Shown in pieces: positions 48,154 to 61,400 of a stretch of 64,000 nucleotides of DNA; the stretch's first letter is position 1; every line of letters starts with the position of its first letter. This DNA is from Tubulanus polymorphus. Taxonomy: Eukaryota; Animalia; Nemertea. A model generated the notes under the pieces. That model ran no database searches. It saw nothing but the letters and a program-made list of their open reading frames with translations, and was not told the origin of the DNA. The stretch covers positions 18,200,150-18,264,149 of the forward strand of contig NC_134026.1 of the NCBI RefSeq assembly GCF_964204645.1, read 5' to 3'. A program made the position numbers and the translations under genes.

Positions 48154-51100
48154 ATGGGCGGCGAGACGACGCGAAAAGCTACCCGAGCTGAGAGCCGCGA
48201 AAGCGAACGGAAAACAAGCTTTCTTTGTACGGGACAAACTCGTTATCCGCGAAAACCGTGACCGCGTACCGATGGACAGCCACTAGGAACCAGCGGAGGG
48301 ACTTTGCGTACAATTCGTAGACCGGACTGTCCTTGTATCTCGAAGTTGTTGTTATGTTATAGAATTTGTAAATAGTGTAAATTTATGTGACAGTTATCCA
48401 AATGTAAATAGAGATATCGTTGGCTCGCATGTAAATTCTCATACGGTAGATACATACCCTGATGTAAATAGTAACAATCATGTACCTGATGTAACTCCTA
48501 ACAATTTCATTTCTGATGTAAATAAGCGAAATATTAACACTTCTGATTTAAATAAGCAAAATGTAACTAGTACAGCAAACGCAGCAAACATAAGTGAAAT
48601 TCCTTGTATCAAATCATCATTAAAGTTTTCTACGCTGAATGTATGTGGCCTTATAGCTAAACTCGATATCCCAGAATTCTGTGAATTTATTAGCAATAAT
48701 GACATCACATGTCTAACTGAAACTCACTTAGATGATTTAGACGGTAATTTAGGTTGTAGCTTGCCCGCCTCCCATATGGCGCACTTTAAAAATAGGAAAA
48801 AATTTTCAAAAAAAGGATCAGGTGGCGTCGGTATCATATATAGGAAGTTCATGAAAAATAAAATAAAACCAATTTCGACTGACTCTCAGTTTGTATCTTG
48901 GTATTTATTAGATAAAGATTTATTTAATCGCGACAAACATGTACTTTTAGGTGTAATTTATATTCCTCCAGAAAATAGTCGTTATTATTCAGAAATAGCT
49001 ATCAGAGAAATTGAAATAGAGTTATTGCAATTGAAAGTTGAGTATGATTTCAATGTGTTAATTTCTGGTGACTTTAATGCTCACACCGCTTGTATGCCAG
49101 ACTTTTTGGAACCTGATAATCAGATAATTCAAGATGATAACTTAGACCCTATTGTTGACTCATTGATTAATTTAGGCGTTCCCACTACTAGAAATAATCA
49201 GGACAAAAGAAAGAATAATACAGGCTATCAACTAATAGATTTGTGTAAGAACCATTCACTAATTATCCTCAATGGCAGATGTGGCAATGATCAGACAGGT
49301 AATTATACTTTTAGGAACACTAGTGTCATCGATTATTTTGTGTGTGATTTAGAACTGTTTGGTTATGTTGAGGACTTTGAAATAATGCCTTTTGACCCAT
49401 TATTATCTGATGGACATAATCCTGTTAATCTGTGCGTGTATACGAATTCTAGGGACACCATTGCTAGCGATAATGAAAGGGGTAATGAACACGCGAACTT
49501 TAAAACTTCAATTAGGTGGGTCAGTACTAGATCAAATCAATTTTTCCTGAATGTAGAATCAAGATTACGAGATAATGATCTAGATAAGTTACTGTTGGAC
49601 GGGTTGCAAGATCTAGGAAATCAATCGCCAGATGACATTAATGGACTTACCGATAGATTTGTATCTTCTTTATTATCAAGTGCTGATGAGTGTAATTTGA
49701 TGTACCATAGAAAAAGTAGGAAAAGTAATAACTGCAAAAAAACGGTCCGCAACAGATGGTTTGGCAGGGACTGTAGAGATGCACAGAAGAAATATAATTA
49801 TATGAAAAAAAGATATAGGGGTTGCCCTACCCCTTCCAATTTTGAATCCCTTAAGAACTCGTCTAAAAACTATAAAAAGGTCATCCGAGAAAATAAGAAG
49901 AAACAAAAGGATGAATTTATTAAGGAATTGAGAGAATGCGAAATTAATAACCCAAAAAAGTATTGGTCGATGCTAAACTCTGCGAGCGGAACAAAAAATA
50001 ATGAGGCTAATATAGATATTGATATTTTTCTTGAACATTTTATGAGATTAAATGATTTGAATAATGTTAACAATGAAACCGATGACGGTGATGAGCCCCC
50101 AGACGTGGGTGACCACCCTGTCTATGACAATTATATTTTGAACAGTGATATAACCAGTGATGAGGTAATTAAGGCTATCTCTTTACTCAAAAACAATAAG
50201 GCCCCTGGCATTGATGGAATCACGAATGAGCTGTTGGGAGTTAGTCAGTATCCGTTTTTAGTTGATATATTACAAAAATTATTCAATTTAGTTCAGGATA
50301 TGTTCCAGAGATGTGGTCTATAGGCGTCATCAAACCCATTTTCAAAAAGAATGGCGATCCCTCTAATCCTGATAATTATAGAGGTATTACCTTAGTTAGC
50401 TGTCTCGGTAAATTATTTACAAGTATCCTAAATCAAAGATTGTCAACATTTCTAGATACGAATCACATTATAAGTGAAGCCCAGGCTGGCTTTAGATCGA
50501 AATATTCCACCATTGATCATATTTACACGCTTAAAACAATCGTAGAGCTGTATCTTTGTCAGGGAAGAAGACTTTTTTGCGCCTTTGTTGATTTTAAGAA
50601 AGCTTTCGACTCGATTTGTAGGGTAAAGTTATGGCGAAAATTGATTGCTAACAATGTTAATGGAAACTTTTTCAATGTGGTCAAAAATATGTATAACTCC
50701 ATAAAATCATGTGTTGAATTAAATGGTTGCACGTCACAATACTTTGCAGCTGATAGAGGCTTAAGACAAGGCGAAAATCTCTCACCTATCCTCTTTTCGT
50801 TATTCTTAAACGACATTGAAGAATTTTTCATTGATCGTGGAAAACCGACTTTGTCATTTATAGAAAAACTAAATTTGAATCGTGATCAGGATATTGATAC
50901 TTTACTGAATTTATTCATAATACTATACGCAGATGATACAGTTATTCTTGCTGAGGATGAGAAATCTCTTCAGCTACACTTAGATACCTTATTTGAATAT
51001 TGCGCGGCTAATGGTCTCACTGTTAACTCAGAGAAAACTAAAGTACTAGTATTTGCGCGAAGTAAATCCCGGATAAAAACGATTTCGAAATTTATGTTTG

Positions 51101-52297
51101 GTGATCAAGAGTTAGAGGTAGTTGAAGTTTATGTTTATCTCGGAGTAAAATTCAATTGGAATGGTAACTTTGCTAAGGCAAAAAAGTATCTTTACGATAA
51201 AGCTATCAGAGCTATGTTTTCGATCGTTCAAAAAGGCAGACGTTTGAAATTGCCCATAGATGTTATGTTTAAATTATTTGATACGTGTGTTGCTCCAATA
51301 GCCATGTATGGGTGTGAGATCTGGGGATATGAAAATCTTGATTTATTAGAAAATATTCATTGCTTCTTCTGTAAAATCTTAATGAAAGTGACGAAATATT
51401 CTCGCAACTTACAAGTTTTATCAGAGCTAGGACGTTACCCTTTGAATATAGATGTTAGACGCAGGATGATTAACTTTTGGGTGAAAACAGTATCTGGAAA
51501 GCAAACCAAACTTAATTCAATACTCTATAAAATATCTTTCAATTTATTTTTAAGGGATAAATTTAAGAGCCCTTGGTTATCATATATAAAGAAAACGTTT
51601 GATGACTGTGGTTTGTCCTGCATTTGGACGCAGCAATTCATGACTAACAGTAAATCTTTTTCAAAACGAATAAAACAGATACTCCGTGACCAGCACCTTC
51701 AAGAAACTGTATCAGCCATAAATACTAATCCGATATACACTAACTTTAGGCAATATAAAAATGATATTAGGTTAGAGAAGTATATAATAGAACTTGGTGA
51801 TGACTTAGGAACTAGTTTATTTGAATTTAGGGTCGGGTCCTATATTTTACCTGTGAACAAATTTTCAAACCTTCATTTAGACAGAGCCGATAGAATATGC
51901 CCCACTTGTAATACTTTAGGTGACGAATCCCATTTTCTGTTTGACTGTACCTTACTTAACGAACAACGCAAAAACTTTTTGAATTTGAATACCTTTAATA
52001 CCCTTGATATTCTGAAAAACCCAACGGTCAACTTAGCTAAATTCATTAAGACCGGCTTAGATGTATATAGATCCCTCCAATAGTATATATAGTATTGTAA
52101 ATAGTTGATGTATATAATAGTATATATAGTATTGTAAATAGTTGATGTATATATATATTTCGTTACGTTTACATTCTCTAGATTTTAATCACTTTAGTGT
52201 TGTTTTGTAAATATTTGTATATACATGTGTAATAGTTTTCCTCCATATACCATGGAAATGGTTGGAGTGTAAATAAATCGTAATCGTAATCGTAATC
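48154..52297 (+). mobile_element. RTEX-like LINE 3, 5' truncated, 9-bp TSD
   Basis: TSD GGGCCGATA (48145-48153, 52298-52306); ORF1 C-terminus KLPELRAAKANGKQAFFVRDKLVI ending TAG 48284-48286; ORF2 48287-52083 with one frameshift near 50310; AATAAA + (ATCGTA)n tail. Confidence 0.9.
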
Positions 52298-52842
52298 GGG
52301 CCGATACGTCCAGTATTAGTAAATTAATTCAATCGTTCGAATGGTCAGTTTTGCAAAAATCTGCCACACGCAAAAAGTCCGTTACTTCAATTCAATCACC
52401 GTGAACATCAACGGCCTTGAACCTTCACTAGCGCTACTGTCGCTAAAGGGCTCAGACACACCGGGCGATTTAGTCGACAGAAATCACCTTTCATAAGTTA
52501 ATCATGTGAATCGATGAAGTACCGTGATTGGTCGCCTGACACACAAGCCTAAATTACCGGCGACGAAAATGGCCCACCATGTGCCCCCCCCGCTTTGATT
52601 CTTTTCTTTACCGAGCGAGGATTCTGTGGATTGGTGCGCGTGTTGCACCGATGAATTTCTCGCAATTCATGTACAAATAAATAACGGATTCTATTTTAAA
52701 AATTAAATTCGTTCCTGCTTTTCGAATGGACCCGGCCACCAGGGGTTTATTTTTACAAATTTTCAGCATGATTTTTCCGACCCGGCAACTGCGGAGAAAG
52801 AAGGTATATCACTTTTTTGCCCTATTTTACAATGCAGCATTA

Positions 52843-53449
52843 GGCCACACAAAGAAATACCAGTTTCTCATCAGATTTTTTCTTGAAAGTGACGAGGGCG
52901 GCTGAATTTTATTTTTTTTTGCTTTTGCCAAATAAAAAAGTTTAAATAAAAAGCTCAACCTATGAATTATAGAACAGACGCGGGAGGGGAAGTTTTTTTT
53001 ACCAATGTCAAACAAATACCAGTAATGCGAGTAGAACATATGCAAAAAACTTTATTTAGAATTACGTAGCTCACCAAAACCTATAAAATCAAACTACATG
53101 TATATATATCGAGTCATTTAATCGAAACTGAAACAATCCCCTTCGCTATTTTCACGCTTCCGCGAAATGATGTAAAAGGAAACGAACCTGGCGCTGTTTG
53201 TGTCACCATGAATAAATGTGCATTACCAGTACGTCGATGATGAGTATATAAACACTCGCAGAAAAAACCACTGTCGTACACTATATAGCTATGCGGGCGA
53301 ACGGTTTTTAATTTTTGTTAGAAAAAGACGATTAATTCTTTGCCGATGCAGGCTAGCGCATTTGTCTTTTTAATTTTTATTAGGGACTTTTTTATGACAC
53401 GGGTGGCATTTTACTTTCTTGAGAAACTAGGGTATTTCTTTGTGTGGCC
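52843..53449. mobile_element. MITE with GGCC termini and TTA TSD (Zator- or PIF/Harbinger-like)
   Basis: TTA|GGCCACACAAAGAAATACC...GGTATTTCTTTGTGTGGCC|TTA. Confidence 0.8.
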
Positions 53450-56400
53450 TTAATTAAATTAATAAAAAGCTTAATGGTGGTTGAATACGCAGAACCCGTA
53501 GATGCGGCTCACCCGACGCACATCCTTGGGTACAGGCCCGATACACCAGTCACTGTGGGGTCAACAGTCAATGTTGTATAGGCCTGCGTAGGTTCTCAAT
53601 TTTTTCGTTTGGAAGTATTGTTAATTTGTTGAGTGACGATAGTAATAAATTATCACAAAGGCCTACCGGGTACCGGTAATGAAAACGTTCGGCCAGTGCC
53701 TTGTCCGACAAGGGGTATCCATGTGGAAAGTGACAGAACAGGTTAAAATTGACCCATTCTTTCTTTATTAATCATGCTCAACTTTTCTATGCTCAACTCG
53801 AGGAACTATTATTGGGCATATAAGATGAAAGATAAGATAAGGCATAAAAGAATGGGACTATTTAAACCGGTTCTGGAGTCGAGCCGGTACGTAACATCTT
53901 GTGGGTCCAAGATAACCATCTGAACCGGTTTTATCAAAGCGTGTTGTGAACGCCCACCCAGATATAAATTTTAGACATAAACGCCGTGTTCATTCGTTTC
54001 TTCCTGAACCGGGATGTCAATTTTCAAGCTGTTAACCTTTTGTGGGACTCGGTGCGCCTTTCATCAGTGCTCGTATATTCCGCCCTGCGGACGAGAAAAT
54101 CCTCATTGAATCACAAAGAGTGGATTAGGTCCCTACCTAGTTAAAGTTTTGAAGTTTGTTTTTCATTCCATCATAACCAATGTAACAAGATTGCCAAACA
54201 AACATGAAGAGCCATGACGTTTACTTAGTGTTGCTAGCATTTGAATTGAAGGTTTAATGTAGGTAGCTAATCATTGAACTATGTAAGACCCGAGGTAAAA
54301 TACAGATTATCAAGAAATTAGAATATTTGAAATAATTTCAATTAGTTAATAAGTTACATGTATTATTGAATGCTTATTTCTTCATTAATTGCTGTCACAT
54401 GAGAAAAGATCATTATTTTTTGTTTGGTGCGTTGCTGCACTGAGATATGGATGACGTACGCACGCCGTTGAGTTCAATTTGATATGTATTTGTCATCGGG
54501 ACAGGATGGAGAATCAATAGTTTCCTGTCCTCGTCACTGTTTATCCAAGTCATTGACAGAGATAACAGTGCCGCGTGTGGTTGTTATATTACTGACATTT
54601 CTGACGCTAGCGTGTTAGGAGACTAAAACACCGCACTGATAAAATATGGATATACTCATGTCAACGTCGTATATCTTACCTCCAATATCGTCCAGAATCT
54701 GAATTCCCGCTCTATGACAAAGACCGGATGAGTTTTGAGTAAGTACATATTGTAAATCCGATGACAAATGGGGCCGATTCCGGTACATTTTATTCTATTA
54801 GACACGGAGAAAAGAACTGCCAAGAAATCAGTGAGTTCATTGAGTGCAATTCTTATCGCATGGTTTTAAGTATGAATATGACGTTTGTCGTGGTCTATAG
54901 GTTCATATGAAATTTGCAGAGAAAGGGGTGCTTAGGACCGACTTTTCTTTATAATTGGGTAGGGGAGTTTTAGTTAAGTCATTCCAACAACAATTGTGAG
55001 GTTTCGTTTACTAAAAACGTGCAACTTACACCGACTGATAGTAATCAATCATGCCAAGATGTTCAGATGTGTACTGATAATAATTGTCGACCATCGAACA
55101 CTGTTAAAATCATTCGTCGAAAAACGTTAAATTTTTGGGGTTTATTTTTTACATAATCCCCAGTAATTTCACAGATTGCTCTAGATTTTTATAAATTCTG
55201 TTGAAAATCAGGGTAAATCCGTTTTGTCTAGAAAATTCTTAAGAAGCCACTACAGAACCTACTTTTACTTGTGCTCTGCATTCACGAAAAGGAATCTTGC
55301 GTACCGTTATACCGGCTTTTTATTTATTACGTGAATACCACGCACCGTTCAAATGTGCCAAATCTTATAAGGGTTATGTTTACTAATTGAGATGAAAATA
55401 GGCTTGCCTTTTTCATTGAAGATACAACCAATTTTCAATGCCAAAATTCTACTTATGGTGTTGTTAAGTACGTATGCTGCTCTAATATAGAATAACGCAC
55501 AGCTGTTATCCAATTTTGTCCAGGTAGGCCAAGTGATTTGAGATCCGTTCTCTGAGATTAGTCTAATTTAAACACCCGGATTTTCAAATGCATGATTATA
55601 CCAGCAAGTCTATAAAATATTTGACAAAACTGATCTATAGTACACCAAAGTCAACCATTTGCATATAGGTATATATAAACTGAAAGAATCCACTATTTTA
55701 TTTTGTTTTGTTGTAAATTCCGGCTTTTTCTTTGCAATTCCATATAGCCTTTTTATTTTAGTATCACTTTAATCATAATTTCCAGCGAGTAGTCCTCAAA
55801 ATAGGCCACAGCACATTGTAGGAGCATAAGACGGTGTAATCTGCATATATATTGAGCCATATAGATTTGTTGCCGAAGCCAGTTCGCCTATCATTTGATA
55901 GAATACTAATCATCTATAAAAATCGAAACCTACCGGCGAACAATTTTCGCCCCATCTTAGCACAATAAAACTGCTGGAATATTCAGATGCCTGACGATTA
56001 GTTAATTACCTGTATTTTACTATTCACATTGGGATAACGCACGTGCAAATAACACCAGTGTTTATTTGTCTTTGCCAAAGGACTTTACGCCATATCGTAT
56101 CAAATACTTGCTTAAAATAGTTAAGCATACAACTCGCGAATTTTAATATATTCTTTAACTTCAGTACGACACGATCAAGGATACTTTGATCTTTCCGAAA
56201 TCCCGCCCGGTTGTGTGATACAGTAGTATATGTTTTCGTAGTACATTAGTTTGCTTTACCAATGCGGCTGAGGTGTCAGTATATAATGGTAGCTTATCAA
56301 AGTGGTGTCATAAGATATATCGACCTGCGTTTAGCAGGAAATATTAAAGTGTTAAATGTCGGTGATTTCTTCCCTAATGATGGTTGTTCAACGCATAAAC

Positions 56401-56459
56401 GAGATCTTTTCTCGTGCAAGGATAAGAATCTCAACTGCGTTACCGCGATAATCTAAAAA

Positions 56460-56760
56460 CTTGTCAAGATAAAATCCTTAGAATTTTGTGGTAGGTGTGG
56501 TTGCATGAAGATCAACCGAACCCCAAGATGGTTGCCTAACAGGCCATCTTATATTCCTAAAAAGTGCATTGTGGTCTCTAACTGTGAACATATTTCATTT
56601 AAAACATTGAAATTGCGCATAAGATATATGATATTATGTTATATCAGTAGATGGATCTAGGACATGAGTCAAGATGGCCATCTTTCAAAAATGTACCTTT
56701 TGGCTTAACTGTGAATTTATTTCATTTTGAACAATGATATCTCATGAATTTTCAAAGTCA
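56460..56760. repeat. Degenerate interspersed repeat with CAAGATGG(T/C)...CTTAACTGTGAA core units (HINE/Helentron-like)
   Basis: Two diverged units sharing CAAGATGG, GGCCATCTT and TAACTGTGAA. Confidence 0.35.
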
Positions 56761-58493
56761 ACTCATAGGACCGGTCGGCGGAATCGAATAAGATTACTTC
56801 GTCAAGAATGTCATAAAATGCCTCCATTCTTTGACGCCCTCGAAATTGTGACTTTGGCATGTTCCAAGTTTCTTCCAAAAATATTTATCTATGATAAAGC
56901 CGGACCTATATTTCTTAGCTTCCATCCGGTCCCATAGTAATGATGATTCATAGACTTAATATAGTATTTCTTTCATTTTTACCATGATATCGGGGTTCGG
57001 AAATTATCAAATTATAACAATCTATTTACCGGGGAAATAGTTTTTAACCATGGGTCAACATTTGACTTAAAGATGTATAAGTTGGTATGCATATCTTTCT
57101 CCTACGCAAAGAATAACTCCGTAATTTTTTACCCACTATCACATCGGTGGAGTGATGTTTTTTGATTTGCCTTTGTCAAAATCTGTTTTTTAAGCCGAAT
57201 GCGTACAGGGAGCGTCCAAAAAGTACGTAACGATCAAAACAATTTTTGTGTTTAAAAATGCGGACCTTTTTCCTATTTCCAAGAGTTATCTTATCTCGAT
57301 AAATAATTGTCGTCTTTTGTTGGCACCTTTTACTGATAATCCCACATATCCAAGTTAGAACTCATGATGGAATAAAATTTTTTTCCAATAATTTCTTGTT
57401 TCATCGCACAAATACATATATAGAATAAATACACTACTACCTGGTGATTTTTCGAAAGGGTTTTCTGAAATTCATACTTAAATTGTCTTCTTTCTTGAAC
57501 GAAAACGCTGGCCTAGTGGGTCGGAATTTTATCGTGTAAGTCTGAAAACGACTAACTCTCAATCACGAATTCAGGTTATCACATAAGGGAAAAGTGTTGC
57601 TGGACCGTTTAGTTACCCTGGACACTCAGTGGCTGGCGTGATGCTGCTTCTATATGATCGGTCTATAAGATTGATGCAGTAAGTGCGCTGTTAAGGTTTC
57701 CTAGCGGGTGTTTTACGCAAGTCGTTACCATTTTGCTTCGTGCTTCAGTTATCATGATAATTGAATTGACACACTACCGTCGTTACCGTGATCCGGCTAT
57801 TCACTATCGTATAGAAGGAAATCTACATTACCTGCCGCCGAACGTTTTGAAATAACCATTGTGCCTTACCGTTCTATTCAAAAAGTCTGGGTCCTTTATT
57901 GTCTTACTCAACTGTTAAGAATAGCTACATTGGTTTGATGTAAATGTGTTTAATTATGAAAAATATGAATTTTTGATATCATATGTATGATATTATTCCT
58001 GATATCCAGCTCTCACTGCCCAGAGTTGAATATATTGAAGCAGCCCAGCATATTTTTGACTTGATTTATATACTATTTTATCCATCCCCTGATTTTCAAT
58101 TTAGCAGAAATGAGATAGAAGACATAATCAACCATTATTGGTATCTGCTAAGTCATGTAGCCTTCATGTAACTTTGAATGTCCTTAAATTATTATGCATG
58201 TAAATTAGTTTTCCAATTGAATGTGAATTTTTTGTATTTTGTATTCTCTTCTTCTCCTGTAGTCTGTACTTTTTGTACGAAATGAAGACGTATTATTATT
58301 ATATGAATATTGGTTAGTTTTTTATAGACTGTTGGTGAAAATATTATGCAATTCTAACTCTAATTTGTAAAGGAATGGATCTGTTACGTATTTGGGATAC
58401 CACAGTTGGATTCTTTTGAGGAAATTCGTCAATGTTAAAGTGGTGTTAAACGAATATGAATTGAAATATGTCTTTTATTTATATTTCAGGATC

Positions 58494-61400
58494 ATGAGAA
58501 TCAATTTCTCACCATTTATTACATGGCTGTATATAGCAATTGCTGCTGTTTCAGGTAAGTCTTCCGCCTACAACAACCAAATCTTGTGCATGGTTATCGC
58601 TGTTAGGCAAATGTTTACTCAATATTTCAGAGCATTTTTAAATGTCAAACAACGCATTTCTGATTTACCCTGGCTGTTGACGGCCCGTTTATCATTTTCT
58701 ACTGAGATCTTGGCTATTTATTCAGTGTTCGATGTTATGTTCGCAAAACGCCAACGCCATGCGACAAGGCTACACGAATGGGCACTTGTCATCCAGGTTC
58801 CTAGAGAACAATGTTCAGCCGATCAGTGGGCTATATTTCCTGTTGCATTGTTTGCCTCCACATTTCTCAAAAACCTCTCAGCGATTTAAAGAATCGCGAG
58901 AAGGTTGGTTTAGAAAATATACGTGGGTGACGGCAATACGTTGAACCTATCCTAAATTCACTATTCGCGTATATAGTTGGTATAATCTGACGGATGAGGA
59001 TTACTCCGCGAGATTGATGCTCTGCGAAATTGATGCTCTACGTTGAAATGTCTTATTGAACTGTCTATAATGTCTATAATGTTGACAAGAACGGTAGTTG
59101 TTAGATTGCGACTTTTCGACCGTCGTCCTTGATGATCAGTCGAGTCAATCATTAAGGGTGTATCGATATATTACCATCTTGTAAATTTCTCTCACTTTTA
59201 TAGGTGTTAGTAAATCCGCTGGTCGTAAATCTTGTAGAACGTACAGAAATATAAGAGAACAGACGGACGACGATCTGATACTTTTGATGAGAGAAAAAGG
59301 TGCCCAGTATATACCGCACATAATGGCTATGGGAGAAGAAAGTTCCACTCGACAGTTCACTAATCTAATACCAACTGTTACTCATTACAGAGTCAGTATT
59401 GAAGTATTTTCCTTAAAGATTCTACTAAATCCAAATTAGCCGTCACCACAATTGTGGGATTTCTTATCCGCGTACTTGAAGTACATGGATCTGCAATTCT
59501 TATCTTGAAATATTTCACTTCCTTATACTGATTCAAAACCAAAAAATATAAAATAATCCTTGCTTCATATTATACGTCGTAATATTGCCCAACAGTCTGT
59601 TCTCTTCTAGGTGCCACTTCATAAAGTCCATATATTTGACAGTGTCCTGACTCGTAAGTCAACTAGGCTGCGGACTTATGGACTAGATTCAGCGAAAAAT
59701 AACTCAAATTCTGTGATAAAACAAATATATTTAAACAAAAAAGACAGACAGAAAAGAACTATCAACGCCAAAAGTCTGCGTCACCGTAAATACAGACGGG
59801 ACTTCGTTCATCCAAAAACTGTTGGCATCAATGGCACAGTTTGGATCGGAGCTGATGGTAAGTTAAGTAGTGAAATCGTACTGAAAGTGGGCCAAAACAG
59901 TTTGCGTTGCCATCAGCCATTATCGAATAAACATGGTCAGATATGATTTATAATACTTGTACGTGCTGGATTTGCTATTTGCAGACGCTGTTCAATTATG
60001 CTTGATTATGATTGTAGTGATCGTCCAGTGATTAATCGTCGCAAAAATTTCCAAACACTTGATAAAATAGTTGGCATACTCATCAATAATGTCATGTTTA
60101 TTATCTATAACTACAAATATGTACGAATATCATAATATGTTCATTGAGAAAACGTGATGACCTCGCACGGTAAGTTTTGTTAAATGAGGCAAATATTCCG
60201 ATCCAACTTCTGCCGTGGGTTCCATTATACAAACATGCAGTTTTTTAATGCAACGTGATATATACCGGAAGTGCCCGAAAGAAATTGTTGAAAGTCGTTG
60301 TATAGAAAAATTGCCGAATTTATTGTCATCGAAGCCAACATGGTTTTTATAAAAAATTTGAGAAACAGTTTTAATTAATTATCCATTACTAGCAAAATAC
60401 CCGACTCCTTGACGGGTTCGGTTTGCTGCTATAGACAGAAAACCCGTTATCGCTGTTCTGCAGCTATTTAACAAACTATATTACGATGGAATTGCATCCC
60501 GCTTGTGTGGGCGCTTCTATCGACAGACGACATTGAATCAGCCAATAGGGGTTTTTTCTTTTTGATGATCAACACGTGTCTGCTTAGTAACAACGCCTTG
60601 TTCCTTGTTCAAATGCTTTACACAAAAACAACGACTGGGAAATATCGAGGAGTCTTCTTGAATTAATCAGAATGTTTTCTCGGATATTCAATCTATTTAT
60701 TTTTTTCAGGGTCAAGGACAAAAATAGAGTACTGCCAAAGACGGGGCTCGAAAAATCACGATGGATACATGAATATGTGTAATTGGTGTGCTGCAACGAC
60801 GACACTGCCCAGTAATAGAATACCACGAGTAATCAACGAAGTTATTTGCAATCCAGGATATACTGGATGTTTTGTAGGACCTGATTACACAGGTTAGCGC
60901 ATTTTCAGTTAATACTTATGTCTCACAGTGGAGGAGACTATTTTTTATGTGCCCACCATCCGCCGTGTCGCCTATAGACCTCGTTAGCCCCTTACATTAT
61001 CGGCTATCAAATATGGCCGCCAGGGCAGTTATCTTGAATTTCTAGTTAGCGCGATATGGCCGATAACTCCTGATGGATTTTCATGAATCTTAATGTGAGG
61101 ATTGGGGCAGGTATTTGCCCATTCGAATTGGAGGTCATCGGCTATCATATATGGTCACCCGGCAGGCATCTTGAATTTCTTGTCAGTACGATACAGGGGC
61201 GGATCCAGGGGCATGTTGTGATCATGTCGACCAGTAGAAAGGGCATATATTCTTAATTTAGGGCGGGAAGGCATATCAGCAAGATTTTTGAAATTATACT
61301 AACATTTTAGAGCTTTCTGAGCATCTCTGAGAGGCATTCAGTCAAGAAACATAGGTTATATATTTTGGAAAAATATTCTATTGTGTATCTCAGGTGGTAA

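Noticed and set aside
20907-50831. Numerous short ORFs antisense or out of frame to TE ORFs
   Set aside because: Shadow ORFs of long coding sequences with no motifs of their own.
57500-57710. Possible tRNA-derived SINE or tRNA
   Set aside because: Only a weak A-box-like TGGCCTAGTGG; no B box or cloverleaf seen.
58392-58889. 165-aa single-exon ORF
   Set aside because: Only 58494-58554 is supported as an exon (flanking AG and GTAAGT); the rest is intron read-through.
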